A program made the translations under genes and the position numbers. From a virus (taxonomy: Duplodnaviria; Caudoviricetes), in the IMG/VR virus record IMGVR_UViG_3300009181_000079, positions 1 through 62,046 of that record: 62,046 bases of DNA. The stretch is one strand, 5' to 3'. Every line of letters begins with the position of its first letter. Position 1 is the first letter of the stretch. Shown here piece by piece: positions 18,703 through 28,105 of this stretch. A model generated the notes under the pieces. It did not search any database. It worked only from the letters and a program-made list of their open reading frames with translations, and had not been told where the DNA came from.

Positions 18703-20220
18703 TTAGTTATTCCCGGCGCCCTTGATGGCCATTTTCCGGATGCTTGCTATATCCAGGGTCTTCTTCGTGGTGAAGTATCCCGGATAGTTCACGGAGAGGT
18801 ATTTACCGTCAGCCTCTTTCCGCATCTTGTCCAGCCCGTCACCCATGGATGCAACCACAGGACTGATGAACTGGGCCGCCTCGGTGAGCGGGATACCGAA
18901 CTCCCACGCAATCTCCGAGCAGCGCTCTATCTCTGCGCCCGTCCAGCCATTACAGACAGGCAGCTCGCCAGTGACTCCGAACTTGTTCATGTAGAAGTCC
19001 CAGATTGGTTTCTGCTGAGCTTCCGTGAGAACATCGAAGAAGAAGATGGTGCCGAAGCGTCTCTTCATCTGCGGAGCGATGTCCTCCATGCTGTTCGTGG
19101 TGCCGATGAACAGCACCCGGTTCCCGAAGCGATTCCAGAGCGTCCCTACGGCCGCCCTGATCATTCGCTCGGAGTCCGACACGATGCCACCCTTCATCTC
19201 GCCCTGGTCCCAGTTGATGAACATGGCCTTACACGCATCGGCGATTGCACCGCCGAGCTGAGTCTTGCCTGTCCCTGCGACACCGTTGAAGATGCCGCCG
19301 CGCCAGCCATAGTTCTGCATGGCACCAAGCATGACCGACCGAGCATCACGGTTGATGCCGTTCGAGTCACCCTGACCTGCGGACTGGTCGCCCATCTCAT
19401 CAATGAGCACCACAGCCAGCGGGCACAGTTTGCCGCCAGCCTTCATCCTGCCCCACTTCTTGCCCTGCTCCAGGCCGGCAAGTTGGTCGAGGGTCATCTT
19501 GTTCTCAATGACGCTCAAGCCTGCCGTGGCGTTGACCGCCGCGATAGACCCGCTCCTCAAGATATTGATGTTGAAGCCGCTCTTGCTTGCTGCTGCGGAG
19601 CATAACTGCTCAACACCAAACGAACTCAGACCTCGAAGGGTATCCGATACCTCGGACAGATCCTCCTTGGATGGCTCCCCGATCTTCGATGCCCGCGCAA
19701 TGTTTTTGGCGATCTGGATGCGTTCCTCGTCACCTGGGGGTGGCGATACGATCACCTCGAAGTCATTCCCGATCTCCGCGTTCGCTACGAACTTCGGACA
19801 CAGGAATACCAAGTGCCTGTTGCTCGACTTGAACTCATCCCGACAGTTGCGGATGCACTGGATATACAGCGCCCGAACCGTCTCATCCCTGTGTTGCAAC
19901 AGCAGATGGATGTCGTCAATCACCAGGATCGACTTCGGGGGCAGCAGGTCGAGCGCTCTCTGTAAGCACTCTTCCAACTTCGCCGTGGTCAGTGCCGGCT
20001 CTTTGTCGCTGTTCATGACGCCAGAGGCCAGCGCCCCCGCGTCATTGATTCCGATCGCACCACGAGCCATATCGTGATGCAGAAGGGCCATCCCATTCGC
20101 TTTCTCCTTGATCCCATCATTGATGTCAGACAGCGTGTATTGGTAGTTGTCTGTCTCTACAACGATGAACGGGAAGGCCCGACTCACACGCTGTAGGAGC
20201 GTTTCGATGTGTTTCTTCAT
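18703..20220 (-). CDS. AAA+ ATPase, Ycf46-like, with rearranged motif order
   Basis: degenerate N-terminal AAA domain; VVLIDE, GVAGTGKT, VLFIGTTN, RRF..IFFFD, GWTGAEIE. Confidence 0.85.
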   Translation of the reverse strand: MKKHIETLLQRVSRAFPFIVVETDNYQYTLSDINDGIKEKANGMALLHHDMARGAIGINDAGALASGVMNSDKEPALTTAKLEECLQRALDLLPPKSILVIDDIHLLLQHRDETVRALYIQCIRNCRDEFKSSNRHLVFLCPKFVANAEIGNDFEVIVSPPPGDEERIQIAKNIARASKIGEPSKEDLSEVSDTLRGLSSFGVEQLCSAAASKSGFNINILRSGSIAAVNATAGLSVIENKMTLDQLAGLEQGKKWGRMKAGGKLCPLAVVLIDEMGDQSAGQGDSNGINRDARSVMLGAMQNYGWRGGIFNGVAGTGKTQLGGAIADACKAMFINWDQGEMKGGIVSDSERMIRAAVGTLWNRFGNRVLFIGTTNSMEDIAPQMKRRFGTIFFFDVLTEAQQKPIWDFYMNKFGVTGELPVCNGWTGAEIERCSEIAWEFGIPLTEAAQFISPVVASMGDGLDKMRKEADGKYLSVNYPGYFTTKKTLDIASIRKMAIKGAGNN

Positions 20221-20221
20221 G

Positions 20222-20356
20222 CTACTTGTTCTCCTTCTTCACTGCTGCCCAAAGGACCATCAAGAATACGATGGCCACTCCAACTATCCCCACAGCCTCA
20301 TGGCCGTGGATATGCGGCGCACCTTCAACGTGCGCGATGATGATTTGATTGATCAT
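20222..20356 (-). CDS. small membrane protein
   Basis: AGGAGAAATAACATG start; hydrophobic AVGIVGVAIVFLMVLWAAV. Confidence 0.55.
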   Translation of the reverse strand: MINQIIIAHVEGAPHIHGHEAVGIVGVAIVFLMVLWAAVKKENK

Positions 20357-20357
20357 G

Positions 20358-20762
20358 TTATTTCTCCTTTTTCACTGTCTCAGCGAGCTTGTTCAAAAAG
20401 CTCATAACTCTTCTCCGGCCCTTCCAGCGCTCAGCGTTGGGAGAGGGCCACACTTCCTTTAACGACTCCATATACTCCTTGCTCGCCATTGGGATAGGCG
20501 CGCAGATGTGATCCAAGAACATCAGGTGGTAGGCTCTCACGAGTCCCTTCCCATCTGGCCCCGGAACCACATAGTCATTGGTATGCGGGCAGTTGATCGG
20601 GCAGTATCCGCAGTCGTCATCAATGAAGTGAACGTGCAGATCATCCGGCCCTTCCTGCCAGCAATGACTTACCGGGATTCTGATCCCGCAGTCATCCAAG
20701 CCCCGGTTGGTGTGCTTCCAGGCATAGCCCGAGCCCCTCCGGAATAGGATTTCGAGGAACAT
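20358..20762 (-). CDS. hypothetical protein
   Basis: coupled ORF, Cys/His-rich. Confidence 0.5.
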   Translation of the reverse strand: MFLEILFRRGSGYAWKHTNRGLDDCGIRIPVSHCWQEGPDDLHVHFIDDDCGYCPINCPHTNDYVVPGPDGKGLVRAYHLMFLDHICAPIPMASKEYMESLKEVWPSPNAERWKGRRRVMSFLNKLAETVKKEK

Positions 20763-21364
20763 CAGTATGATTCCTCTAACGAGAGATCTCCGATAAACAC
20801 ACCGTCCACCGTCAGGTGAATCATCAGCTCCTCGTCCCGCCAGGCGCCATTGCAGCAGGTCATCGCGCATCTCACGTTGGTCATGGCGTCTGCGTAGTTC
20901 GATCCGCCGTAGCAGACCTCGCCAGCATACACGCCACCATTGACCTTGGCCGCGGCGTAGTCTTTGTATTGGCTTGCCCTCCAGAACTCGATGTCGAACC
21001 TCTCGACCGACATCCAGCTTGTAACAGGCGATCTCCCTGCTGCCACATGGGCGTCCGAGATCTTCTCAAGCAGCGTCTTTGGCTCCAGGGATTCCTGAAT
21101 GTAGTCATCCAGTCCCGGGATAGTGAAGTCGCCAACCACGCCCTCTTCCCCGCAAGTGTTGCACTTGCAGAACGAGGTAGCGTCCCACGAATGATCTCCA
21201 GTATCATCCGTGGTCATATCGGTCATGGTGCATATCCCAGTGAACTCGACGCGGAAGTTATTCCGCTCCCCACATGCAGAGCACGCAATGTTATTGCAAA
21301 TGTTCTTCATGATGGGCGAGTTCCTGAACGTCAGCACGAACTCCTCTTTGGTTATTTTCTTCAT
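20762..21364 (-). CDS. hypothetical Zn-ribbon protein
   Basis: CSACG...CNTCG. Confidence 0.6.
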   Translation of the reverse strand: MKKITKEEFVLTFRNSPIMKNICNNIACSACGERNNFRVEFTGICTMTDMTTDDTGDHSWDATSFCKCNTCGEEGVVGDFTIPGLDDYIQESLEPKTLLEKISDAHVAAGRSPVTSWMSVERFDIEFWRASQYKDYAAAKVNGGVYAGEVCYGGSNYADAMTNVRCAMTCCNGAWRDEELMIHLTVDGVFIGDLSLEESY

Positions 21365-21481
21365 ACTACTTCCTCCTATTTTTCTTCTTCTTGGTCAGGA
21401 AGGGAGCCAGCATCAACATGATGCCAAGCACCTCCATGACCGTCTCGGCTGCCTTGACCCACTTGGCCTTGGTCTCCTTAC

Positions 21482-21709
21482 TCATATCTCCACTCCCTCT
21501 CTCCTCGCCCAGCGGTATAGACCCTCATCATTGAGGATCCATCCTCGCAGGTCATCGTCATCCAGCCTTGGTGGGGCGTGGTGATGGTCTGACCCGCTCT
21601 TTGGGCAGTCACAACTCGCCTGTCTCGGAACGAAGCTGAGAGCGCGCCCTGCGCACGCATCCAGCTCGGGCCGGTTCTCTTCGATGAACTCTTCGATTGT
21701 TTTGCTCAT
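21482..21709 (-). CDS. hypothetical protein
   Basis: EFIEENRPELD...WILNDEGLYRWARREGV, a common phage early family pattern. Confidence 0.7.
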   Translation of the reverse strand: MSKTIEEFIEENRPELDACAGRALSFVPRQASCDCPKSGSDHHHAPPRLDDDDLRGWILNDEGLYRWARREGVEI

Positions 21710-21712
21710 ATT

Positions 21713-22696
21713 TTACTCCAACACTATCGCCCTGTCCCCAGTATTCTGAGCGGGCTTCATTCTCTCCTGGATGGCAGCAAGCTCTTCAGCCTTGCTCTCC
21801 AAATCCCAGTTCTCGCGTTGCAGGTCGGAGATTCTCTCCTCCGACTCCTTCTTGGCGAACGTCAGTCGCAGCTTCAGCACGACTGCCAGCAGATCAATGC
21901 GATCAACCAGCAATTCGTCATTGTAGCCGAACGAGTAGAGGCTCGTCCGCATTTTCTCTGGCAGGCCGCCGAGATTCCATGGGTTTTGCTTCACCCACTT
22001 GGCATACTCCTCGCCGCGCCCAATGGCGCTTGCGATGTCGGCAGCCCGCTGTCTCTCCCGCTCAGCTTGCTCATGTGCTCTGCGTGCATCGGTAGCAGCG
22101 TTGATCTTCGCCTCATAGGCTTCAAGGATCTCCGTGTTCCGATGCCGGTTCGCTTCCTCGCCCACGATGATCTTCTCGATCTTCGCAGATGGCAGTTTGA
22201 ACCACTTGCAGGCCTCCAGCGCCTCAGGAAGGTGCCGGTAGCGGTGTAGGTATTCCCGGGCGATAATCCCCGCCCTGGTGCCCTTCCTGTGCCCAGGAAC
22301 GACCCTCCACTCATCGAGGTGGTATTCCCTCAGCGACTCCGGAGTGACATGGAGCGATTGCCCACGACCGCCGAAGTCCACATGAAAGACCTTGACCTTG
22401 GCACGCTTCAGGGCGTTCTCTACCTCCCTGCGGTGCCCCGGCGTGACCGTGGAACCAAAGTTATTGATGTCCACAACACAGCACCGGGTTTTTCCCTTCC
22501 CGATGAACCTCGCGATGGTAGTCCGATAGGAGAGGAACTGCTCCCCAGTGAACCCCATCCTGCTCTTCCTGTGGCGACCATCCGGCGCAGATTGCTCTGC
22601 GAAGGCTTTCACCATCTCATGCTCCGACTTGAAGTGCTTGTAGCCCTTCGAGATCGGAGTGTCGCTCAATGAGCCATACATCCCGCTGAATCCCAT
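21713..22696 (-). CDS. hypothetical protein
   Basis: long ORF with RBS; SYRTTIARF; ends GDRAIVLE. Confidence 0.7.
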   Translation of the reverse strand: MGFSGMYGSLSDTPISKGYKHFKSEHEMVKAFAEQSAPDGRHRKSRMGFTGEQFLSYRTTIARFIGKGKTRCCVVDINNFGSTVTPGHRREVENALKRAKVKVFHVDFGGRGQSLHVTPESLREYHLDEWRVVPGHRKGTRAGIIAREYLHRYRHLPEALEACKWFKLPSAKIEKIIVGEEANRHRNTEILEAYEAKINAATDARRAHEQAERERQRAADIASAIGRGEEYAKWVKQNPWNLGGLPEKMRTSLYSFGYNDELLVDRIDLLAVVLKLRLTFAKKESEERISDLQRENWDLESKAEELAAIQERMKPAQNTGDRAIVLE

Positions 22697-22698
22697 CG

Positions 22699-22989
22699 TT
22701 ATTCTCCTTTCGTCTTATCTGTGACCTCGATCCCCGCTGCCTTGAAATAGGCCGCAATGGTCTCGAAGTCCGCTCTCTGATACTCTGGCATCAGCTCTTC
22801 CAGCAGCGGGATGTCTTCCCCGCCACCGAGCTCTGCCATCTCCCTGGTCATCGGAAGCATGGAGGTCAGCGCCATCGCATCCGGGCCGGTCTTTGTAAAG
22901 AACAACCCGGAGCGAGGAACCGCCCACACTCCGCCGATACTCAGCATGTCGCACTGCTGGCGCGACCATCGGATGTGCGCCGGGCTCAT
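22699..22989 (-). CDS. hypothetical protein
   Basis: GGVWAVPRSGL.F.K pattern; coupled. Confidence 0.6.
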   Translation of the reverse strand: MSPAHIRWSRQQCDMLSIGGVWAVPRSGLFFTKTGPDAMALTSMLPMTREMAELGGGEDIPLLEELMPEYQRADFETIAAYFKAAGIEVTDKTKGE

Positions 22990-23345
22990 TGCCATGTCTC
23001 CGGCTCCTCGCCATTGGCGTGATACAGAACGCAGTCCACGCACACGTCGAAGTGGGTGATTTCCCGCCCCGGCTTCTGTGCCTCCCACATTGTCTCCGCG
23101 ATGACCCCGTGCGCCGGGTATCGCTGGCCGCCCAGCGTGGACCCGCAACTGTCGCAGGAGGCTGAGTTCACAAAGAACCCCTCCTCCACGGCCGCCCTGC
23201 GGCGCTCATGCTCTTGACCAAACCACTGATCGCCATCAGCGCCCGGCGCTTCTAGCCCGCACTCCTCACAGCCAGGGCAAGCCCCGACCGAGAAGAAATG
23301 CACGCCCTTCAGGTTGCGCTCCACTGCTTCAGTGAAGGCGCTCAC
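22986..23345 (-). CDS. hypothetical Cys-rich protein
   Basis: CPGCEECG, SCDSCGSTLGGQR, VCVDC...ANG. Confidence 0.6.
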   Translation of the reverse strand: MSAFTEAVERNLKGVHFFSVGACPGCEECGLEAPGADGDQWFGQEHERRRAAVEEGFFVNSASCDSCGSTLGGQRYPAHGVIAETMWEAQKPGREITHFDVCVDCVLYHANGEEPETWQ

Positions 23346-24046
23346 AACACTGTCGATCGGCTGCCCGACTCCGTGAACAGATACTCGTTGCACTTGATGT
23401 TCTCATCCACCTGTTCATCCGAGTTCTGATACTCATACTCCTTCTCCAGTTGCCGGTAGATCCAGCGCATGAAGTCCTTGGCGGCTTCCTTGAGCTCGTC
23501 ATCCGTTCCCTGGAAGAAGCAGTCATCCATTTTATCCGAGAGCCCATCATCGGTCTGATCAGCAGAATCACGGAATGCTTCCAAGTCTTTCGGCTCGCAG
23601 TATTCGTGACCACTGTTGAACTCGAACTCCGTGCAGTGCTCGTGGCTGTAACGGCCGCGGTGCTTCACGGTGAACGATGCGTGCGGATACTTCTTGGCGA
23701 TCTCCGCGAAGACGGCGGCAATCCGCTTGATCTCCGTGGTAGCCGGGTTTTCGCCCCAGCCATCCGCCACCTTGTCGGCCTTCACGTCGCTCGCGCGCCA
23801 TGTGCCTTCAAAGCAGGCGCCGTCGCCCTGTGACCAGAAGCCGCTGAAGTAGATGTGAGCGCCGCGACTGTCTTTATTGTTGGTGATGTCGATCCCCATC
23901 AATGCGGCCTGCTCCTCAGCTTCTTCGAGCGTGCATTCGCTCCAGAAGGTGTCATTGTTTCCGCTGCGCCACCACTCTCTCGCCCTCTCTTTGGCAGAGT
24001 CCGACAGTTCATCGAACTCGTATGCTTTTACTTGGATTGTCTTCAT
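23342..24046 (-). CDS. conserved acidic phage early protein
   Basis: YEFDELSDSAKERAREWW, IYFSGFWSQGDGACF, IYRQLEKEYEY, NEYLFTESG. Confidence 0.75.
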   Translation of the reverse strand: MKTIQVKAYEFDELSDSAKERAREWWRSGNNDTFWSECTLEEAEEQAALMGIDITNNKDSRGAHIYFSGFWSQGDGACFEGTWRASDVKADKVADGWGENPATTEIKRIAAVFAEIAKKYPHASFTVKHRGRYSHEHCTEFEFNSGHEYCEPKDLEAFRDSADQTDDGLSDKMDDCFFQGTDDELKEAAKDFMRWIYRQLEKEYEYQNSDEQVDENIKCNEYLFTESGSRSTVL

Positions 24047-24060
24047 TGTTTATCCTTTCT

Positions 24061-24360
24061 TTATACCGGCAGGGCGAACATGAATTGCTCCACATCCATA
24101 CCCTGCGCCTCTTCTGTGCTCGCAAACTCTGCGAACTTCTTTGCCACCGAGGAGACTCGCATCCCCACCAGTGGCTCAAGCAACTCGGGAGCGGCTATGA
24201 CTGTCTTGCCGCTCGCGCTCACTACGAAGTGGTAGGGGTAGAAATACCACTTCGATCCGAGGCCGCCTGAATACTCCCAGGCATCCTCTACGCTCTCGAA
24301 CTCCGGGCGCTCCGTCTGGTAGTCGCCATCGAAGGCCATGCAGATGAGTTTGTAGCTCAC
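24061..24360 (-). CDS. hypothetical protein
   Basis: GTG start overlapping the upstream stop; GSKWYFYPYHFV. Confidence 0.6.
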   Translation of the reverse strand: MSYKLICMAFDGDYQTERPEFESVEDAWEYSGGLGSKWYFYPYHFVVSASGKTVIAAPELLEPLVGMRVSSVAKKFAEFASTEEAQGMDVEQFMFALPV

Positions 24361-25082
24361 TGCTCCACCTCCACCTTCAACACCCGCTTCCCGGTGGCGA
24401 CACAGAACACCTCGTAGGGAGCCTTCTCCCCATCGAAGAAGTCGTGACCCAAGCAGTAGCACTTCACGTATCCGATGGCCTGTGCCTCAGCTCCGTAGTC
24501 CTCGGCAAACGAGCCGTGGCGGCCACTAGGCACTGCCAGCCCCTCGAATGGATTGTCGAGGTTGCACGCTCCCGGAACACACGGAGAGCAGAACTGCGCA
24601 TAGGTGAAGTAAGGCGACTTGCTCACGAACACGTCTGAGACCAGACAGTTCGACAGCTCGTAGCCGTCCTTCTCCCACAGCCAGTTCTTCCTGTCATTGT
24701 AGTAGGAATCATTGAAGTGCTGCTCCACGACCTCCCATAACTCTTCTGCGGCGCCCTCGCCATACTCTTGCTTGAGGTCAATCAGGTCGTCGATGATCTG
24801 ATTTTCCTTGCGGCTCAAGAACCATTCCTTGAGCACGGCAGAGAAAGCGGCCCTCTGCGATTCCTCGTCATCATCCTCAAGGCAGGCCAGAAGGCGCTTC
24901 TTGGCCTCAGTGGTTGCCGCCTCGTAGCTGAGGTCTCTCGACCCCTGCCAGATGTCCGACATTGCATCATACTGGATGGAGTTCTGGCTGATGACCCCGT
25001 AGCGGATGCCTGTCTCGGCATCCCTGTTTGCTGTCGAACCGGGACCAGAGTAATCCAGTCCAGGGTAGTTTGCTTTATTCAT
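24357..25082 (-). CDS. hypothetical protein
   Basis: NRDAETGIRYGVISQN, KSPYFTYAQFCSPCVPGA. Confidence 0.7.
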   Translation of the reverse strand: MNKANYPGLDYSGPGSTANRDAETGIRYGVISQNSIQYDAMSDIWQGSRDLSYEAATTEAKKRLLACLEDDDEESQRAAFSAVLKEWFLSRKENQIIDDLIDLKQEYGEGAAEELWEVVEQHFNDSYYNDRKNWLWEKDGYELSNCLVSDVFVSKSPYFTYAQFCSPCVPGACNLDNPFEGLAVPSGRHGSFAEDYGAEAQAIGYVKCYCLGHDFFDGEKAPYEVFCVATGKRVLKVEVEQ

Positions 25083-25660
25083 GCTTCCTCCTCGTTCTTA
25101 ATCTCCAGAGTGATCTCCAGCTCTTTGATCAGCTCTGGCGTCAGTAGGTGTAGCCAGTCTCCATTGAGATCCTTGGCGTATATACCATGCTTCACTGTGT
25201 CGGTGGCGTTAGGCCCATTTGGGCGAAAGCCGAACGACTCACAGAATAGCTCGTTCTCCGGCCATGCGTCAGGGTCCAGTGTCTCGCGGGTTTCCCAGCG
25301 AACGAACTGCCCCTCGCGCAAGTTGCCGCCAGCGGCCTCGTAGTCAGCCATCTCGGAGTCCTTGATCACCGAGCGGTCGATCTCCCCATCCTTCAGTGGA
25401 TGGATGACCTTCACATGCTCGCGGCGGAATCCATACTCCTTCACGAGCTGCTCGACGGTCTCATCCGCTTCCGGAAAGAACTCATCTTCGCAGATTCCGT
25501 AGGCATCCTCCCAGGTCTTTGCCCGGACGATGCCGCTGATTCCCATTGAGTCTCGATGGATGAAGAGAGGGCCGTAGCCGTCATCATACACCGGGATCTT
25601 GTGGCCGAATCGGGACGTTGCCCCGACCAGGCTTTGAGTGTCGTTTATTAGTTGGCTCAT
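25079..25660 (-). CDS. acidic hypothetical protein
   Basis: coupled ORF. Confidence 0.65.
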   Translation of the reverse strand: MSQLINDTQSLVGATSRFGHKIPVYDDGYGPLFIHRDSMGISGIVRAKTWEDAYGICEDEFFPEADETVEQLVKEYGFRREHVKVIHPLKDGEIDRSVIKDSEMADYEAAGGNLREGQFVRWETRETLDPDAWPENELFCESFGFRPNGPNATDTVKHGIYAKDLNGDWLHLLTPELIKELEITLEIKNEEEA

Positions 25661-25980
25661 TTTTCCTCCGTCATCAACTCTGCCACATGCAGGAGCACGC
25701 TTTTCATGTCCTGATGTAGCTTCTGCTCATTCTGGTTGAGCACCAGCACGCAGCCCGGATAGTCCGAGTCGATGCTGATCACAACCGCTCCGCTCTTCGT
25801 ATCAATGACGATACGATTGGCGCACCCGCCCTTGCGGGACTTGATGCCCATGTCGCTCACAATCAAGTCGCGGCGATACTGAAGCAGGGCCTTCTTGACG
25901 GGCTTCATCCCATCAATGACCCGCTGGCGCCGCTTCTCCCGTAACTGCGGGACGGCCTTGAGTGCTTCCTTTAAGCTCAT
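25657..25980 (-). CDS. hypothetical protein
   Basis: AAGGAG RBS before ATG 25980. Confidence 0.55.
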   Translation of the reverse strand: MSLKEALKAVPQLREKRRQRVIDGMKPVKKALLQYRRDLIVSDMGIKSRKGGCANRIVIDTKSGAVVISIDSDYPGCVLVLNQNEQKLHQDMKSVLLHVAELMTEEK

Positions 25981-26174
25981 ACGTCTCCTTTCTCCCCGGT
26001 CTCGGGGTATCCACACTCCAGCTCTCCAAGGCTCGTCAGCAGACAGCACCCGCCGTCCACCATGATGAACCCTTGATCCAGGAGCTCCTGCTTCTCCTCC
26101 TCTGTCCCAAAGTCGGGCCAGAAGAGCGTGGTGTCTATCCACTCCAGGAGTTCCAACATCCGGAGGTATTTCAC
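25977..26174 (-). CDS. hypothetical protein
   Basis: coupled ORF. Confidence 0.45.
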   Translation of the reverse strand: MKYLRMLELLEWIDTTLFWPDFGTEEEKQELLDQGFIMVDGGCCLLTSLGELECGYPETGEKGDV

Positions 26175-26556
26175 TTCCCCTCCTTCTTCATCTTCTCAGC
26201 CAGTCGCTCCACCTCTTGCGGTAGAGCCTTCAGCATCGCCGCGATCTTCGGGCGATACTTCTCCTTGCCTGGCTTCACATCCAGCAGGCGAGGGATTCTC
26301 GCCAACTGATCCCGGCTCACTGGAGCTTCCTCCAGAGCCACGCACAGATCCCACCCATCACCATCCCAAACAGCGTGAAGGCCACGCCGCCCAGGATGAG
26401 GGTGTTTTGATTCACTGTAATTGTCTCAATCATTTCTATTCTCCTTTTCTTGTTTCTAACTCTGCGGACTTAAACCGCACACCATCATCCGGCATTCGCC
26501 GGGACGGTGGCACCAGCCTAGGGGATCGGGCCCTAGGCTGGTATCTCGCACTCGAA

Positions 26557-27906
26557 CTACTTCAGGCGGCGGGGCTGCGCCACACACACCTCCAGCAGGT
26601 TCAGCGCGCCTTTCGGCTTCGCTGGCGCTGCGGCCATCTTGACCGCATGGGTCTTCGGCTCATCAGCTATCGCTCCGGCTTCCACGAGGCGCTGGGCAAG
26701 ATACTCTTGCTTGCGGCCGCGGCTGCCGTCCAACCTCGGGGATGCCTGCACCTTACGGTAGGCATCCTGCACCACTTCTGCCCTGGTCTTCTTGATGCGC
26801 TCGAACAGGACTGGCTCCTTGCGCTCAGGCATCACGAACGCCCTTCCAGGGTTGGTGATTGCGAGGAACTGAGTCTGGGCGTATGCCCGGAACTCTGCCA
26901 ACACCCTATCCTCGGTTGCGGGCTGAGCACCCTCAGCGCGGTAGTATTCACAGAGGACTTCCTCTGCCTTGCCGCAACTCATCAGGTGCTTGGGCTGCTT
27001 GCCCAGGTCCTCGATGACGCCGCGCAGCAACTCCGCTGCGGCCGTGGCCTTGAACCGGCGAACCAACTCTGCGTGTTGGCGCTCCTGCTGGAGCTTCACG
27101 CGATTTGCATTCTCCTTGGCCCAGTAGGAGTCTGCCGTTCCGGCCTGCATGGATAGGGCGTATGCCCGATCCTTGTTGCGGATGGCGGTTTCGATCCAGA
27201 ACGGAGCGAGCTCCGGGATTCCAGCGGCGCTCAGCATCCACTGATCGCCGTTGACCTCAGCGTTGAGCCGGATGATGTCAGCCAGCCCTGCGGCCCGAGC
27301 CCGAGCCCGGAGGCTCTTGAGCTTCGAGTCAGCACGCTTGCGGTTCCTCGCCATCCATCCTTGACTGGACTGGAGGTGGACATGCCTTTCGGCGCGCTCC
27401 TTGGCGTCATCCGCCACGAGCACTCGAACGAGGTCTGCCTTGCCGGCATTCCTGCCGTTGATGGTGAGCGGGACGCACAGGCCACGCTCGATGCAGATTC
27501 GCTCCAGGGTCGCTGGAGATTTCTTCACGTATTGGATCCTGGACGGATCCTCTGCGCGAATGAACTTGCTGGACGGAGCCTCCTGCCAGAGGCAGTTGCT
27601 CATCTTGACCTCAGCGAGCGCCGACTTCGGAGTTGGCTCCCACTGCTGGGACTCAGGGTGAAACACCAGCGTTTCTGTGGCTGGGGCTTTGATCCACTGC
27701 GCCTCCCAGTCCGTCATGCGGATGTTGTAGAGCGCCTCCCCGAGGGAGAGCCGCTGTGGGCGCTGCTGGTGCTGCATGGGCCGTTGAGCCTGCTGAGGCT
27801 TGCGGGACTCATGGCGGGGCTCCTGGCGCTGCGCCGGGGCCTTGGCTGAGTTGGTGTTGATGTTGAGCTGTCCGAGTTGGGACAGGCTGTTGAGTTGTTG
27901 TTTCAT
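26557..27906 (-). CDS. hypothetical protein, Q-rich N-terminus, basic and helical
   Basis: 449 aa ORF with AAAACAAACCAA leader. Confidence 0.75.
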   Translation of the reverse strand: MKQQLNSLSQLGQLNINTNSAKAPAQRQEPRHESRKPQQAQRPMQHQQRPQRLSLGEALYNIRMTDWEAQWIKAPATETLVFHPESQQWEPTPKSALAEVKMSNCLWQEAPSSKFIRAEDPSRIQYVKKSPATLERICIERGLCVPLTINGRNAGKADLVRVLVADDAKERAERHVHLQSSQGWMARNRKRADSKLKSLRARARAAGLADIIRLNAEVNGDQWMLSAAGIPELAPFWIETAIRNKDRAYALSMQAGTADSYWAKENANRVKLQQERQHAELVRRFKATAAAELLRGVIEDLGKQPKHLMSCGKAEEVLCEYYRAEGAQPATEDRVLAEFRAYAQTQFLAITNPGRAFVMPERKEPVLFERIKKTRAEVVQDAYRKVQASPRLDGSRGRKQEYLAQRLVEAGAIADEPKTHAVKMAAAPAKPKGALNLLEVCVAQPRRLK

Positions 27907-28105
27907 TTGGTTTGTTTTACTGATGCCAGCTTGTTGAAGAGATCACACACCACTGGTCCGAGTGTGTGAAATAACCAATCTTCACTCGAAGATCGGTCGG
28001 GCATGGAGACCCGTGCCTAGTTGTAGGCTCGGATTGTTTTCTCCATTGGAGTTACCTCCCTGCAACCGCCAGGTCCAATGACCCATACCTGGCGGCTGAC
28101 AGGAG

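Noticed and set aside
23342-24046. Toxin-antitoxin system (this family is sometimes labelled antitoxin)
   Set aside because: No adjacent toxin is recognisable and the label has no support in the sequence.
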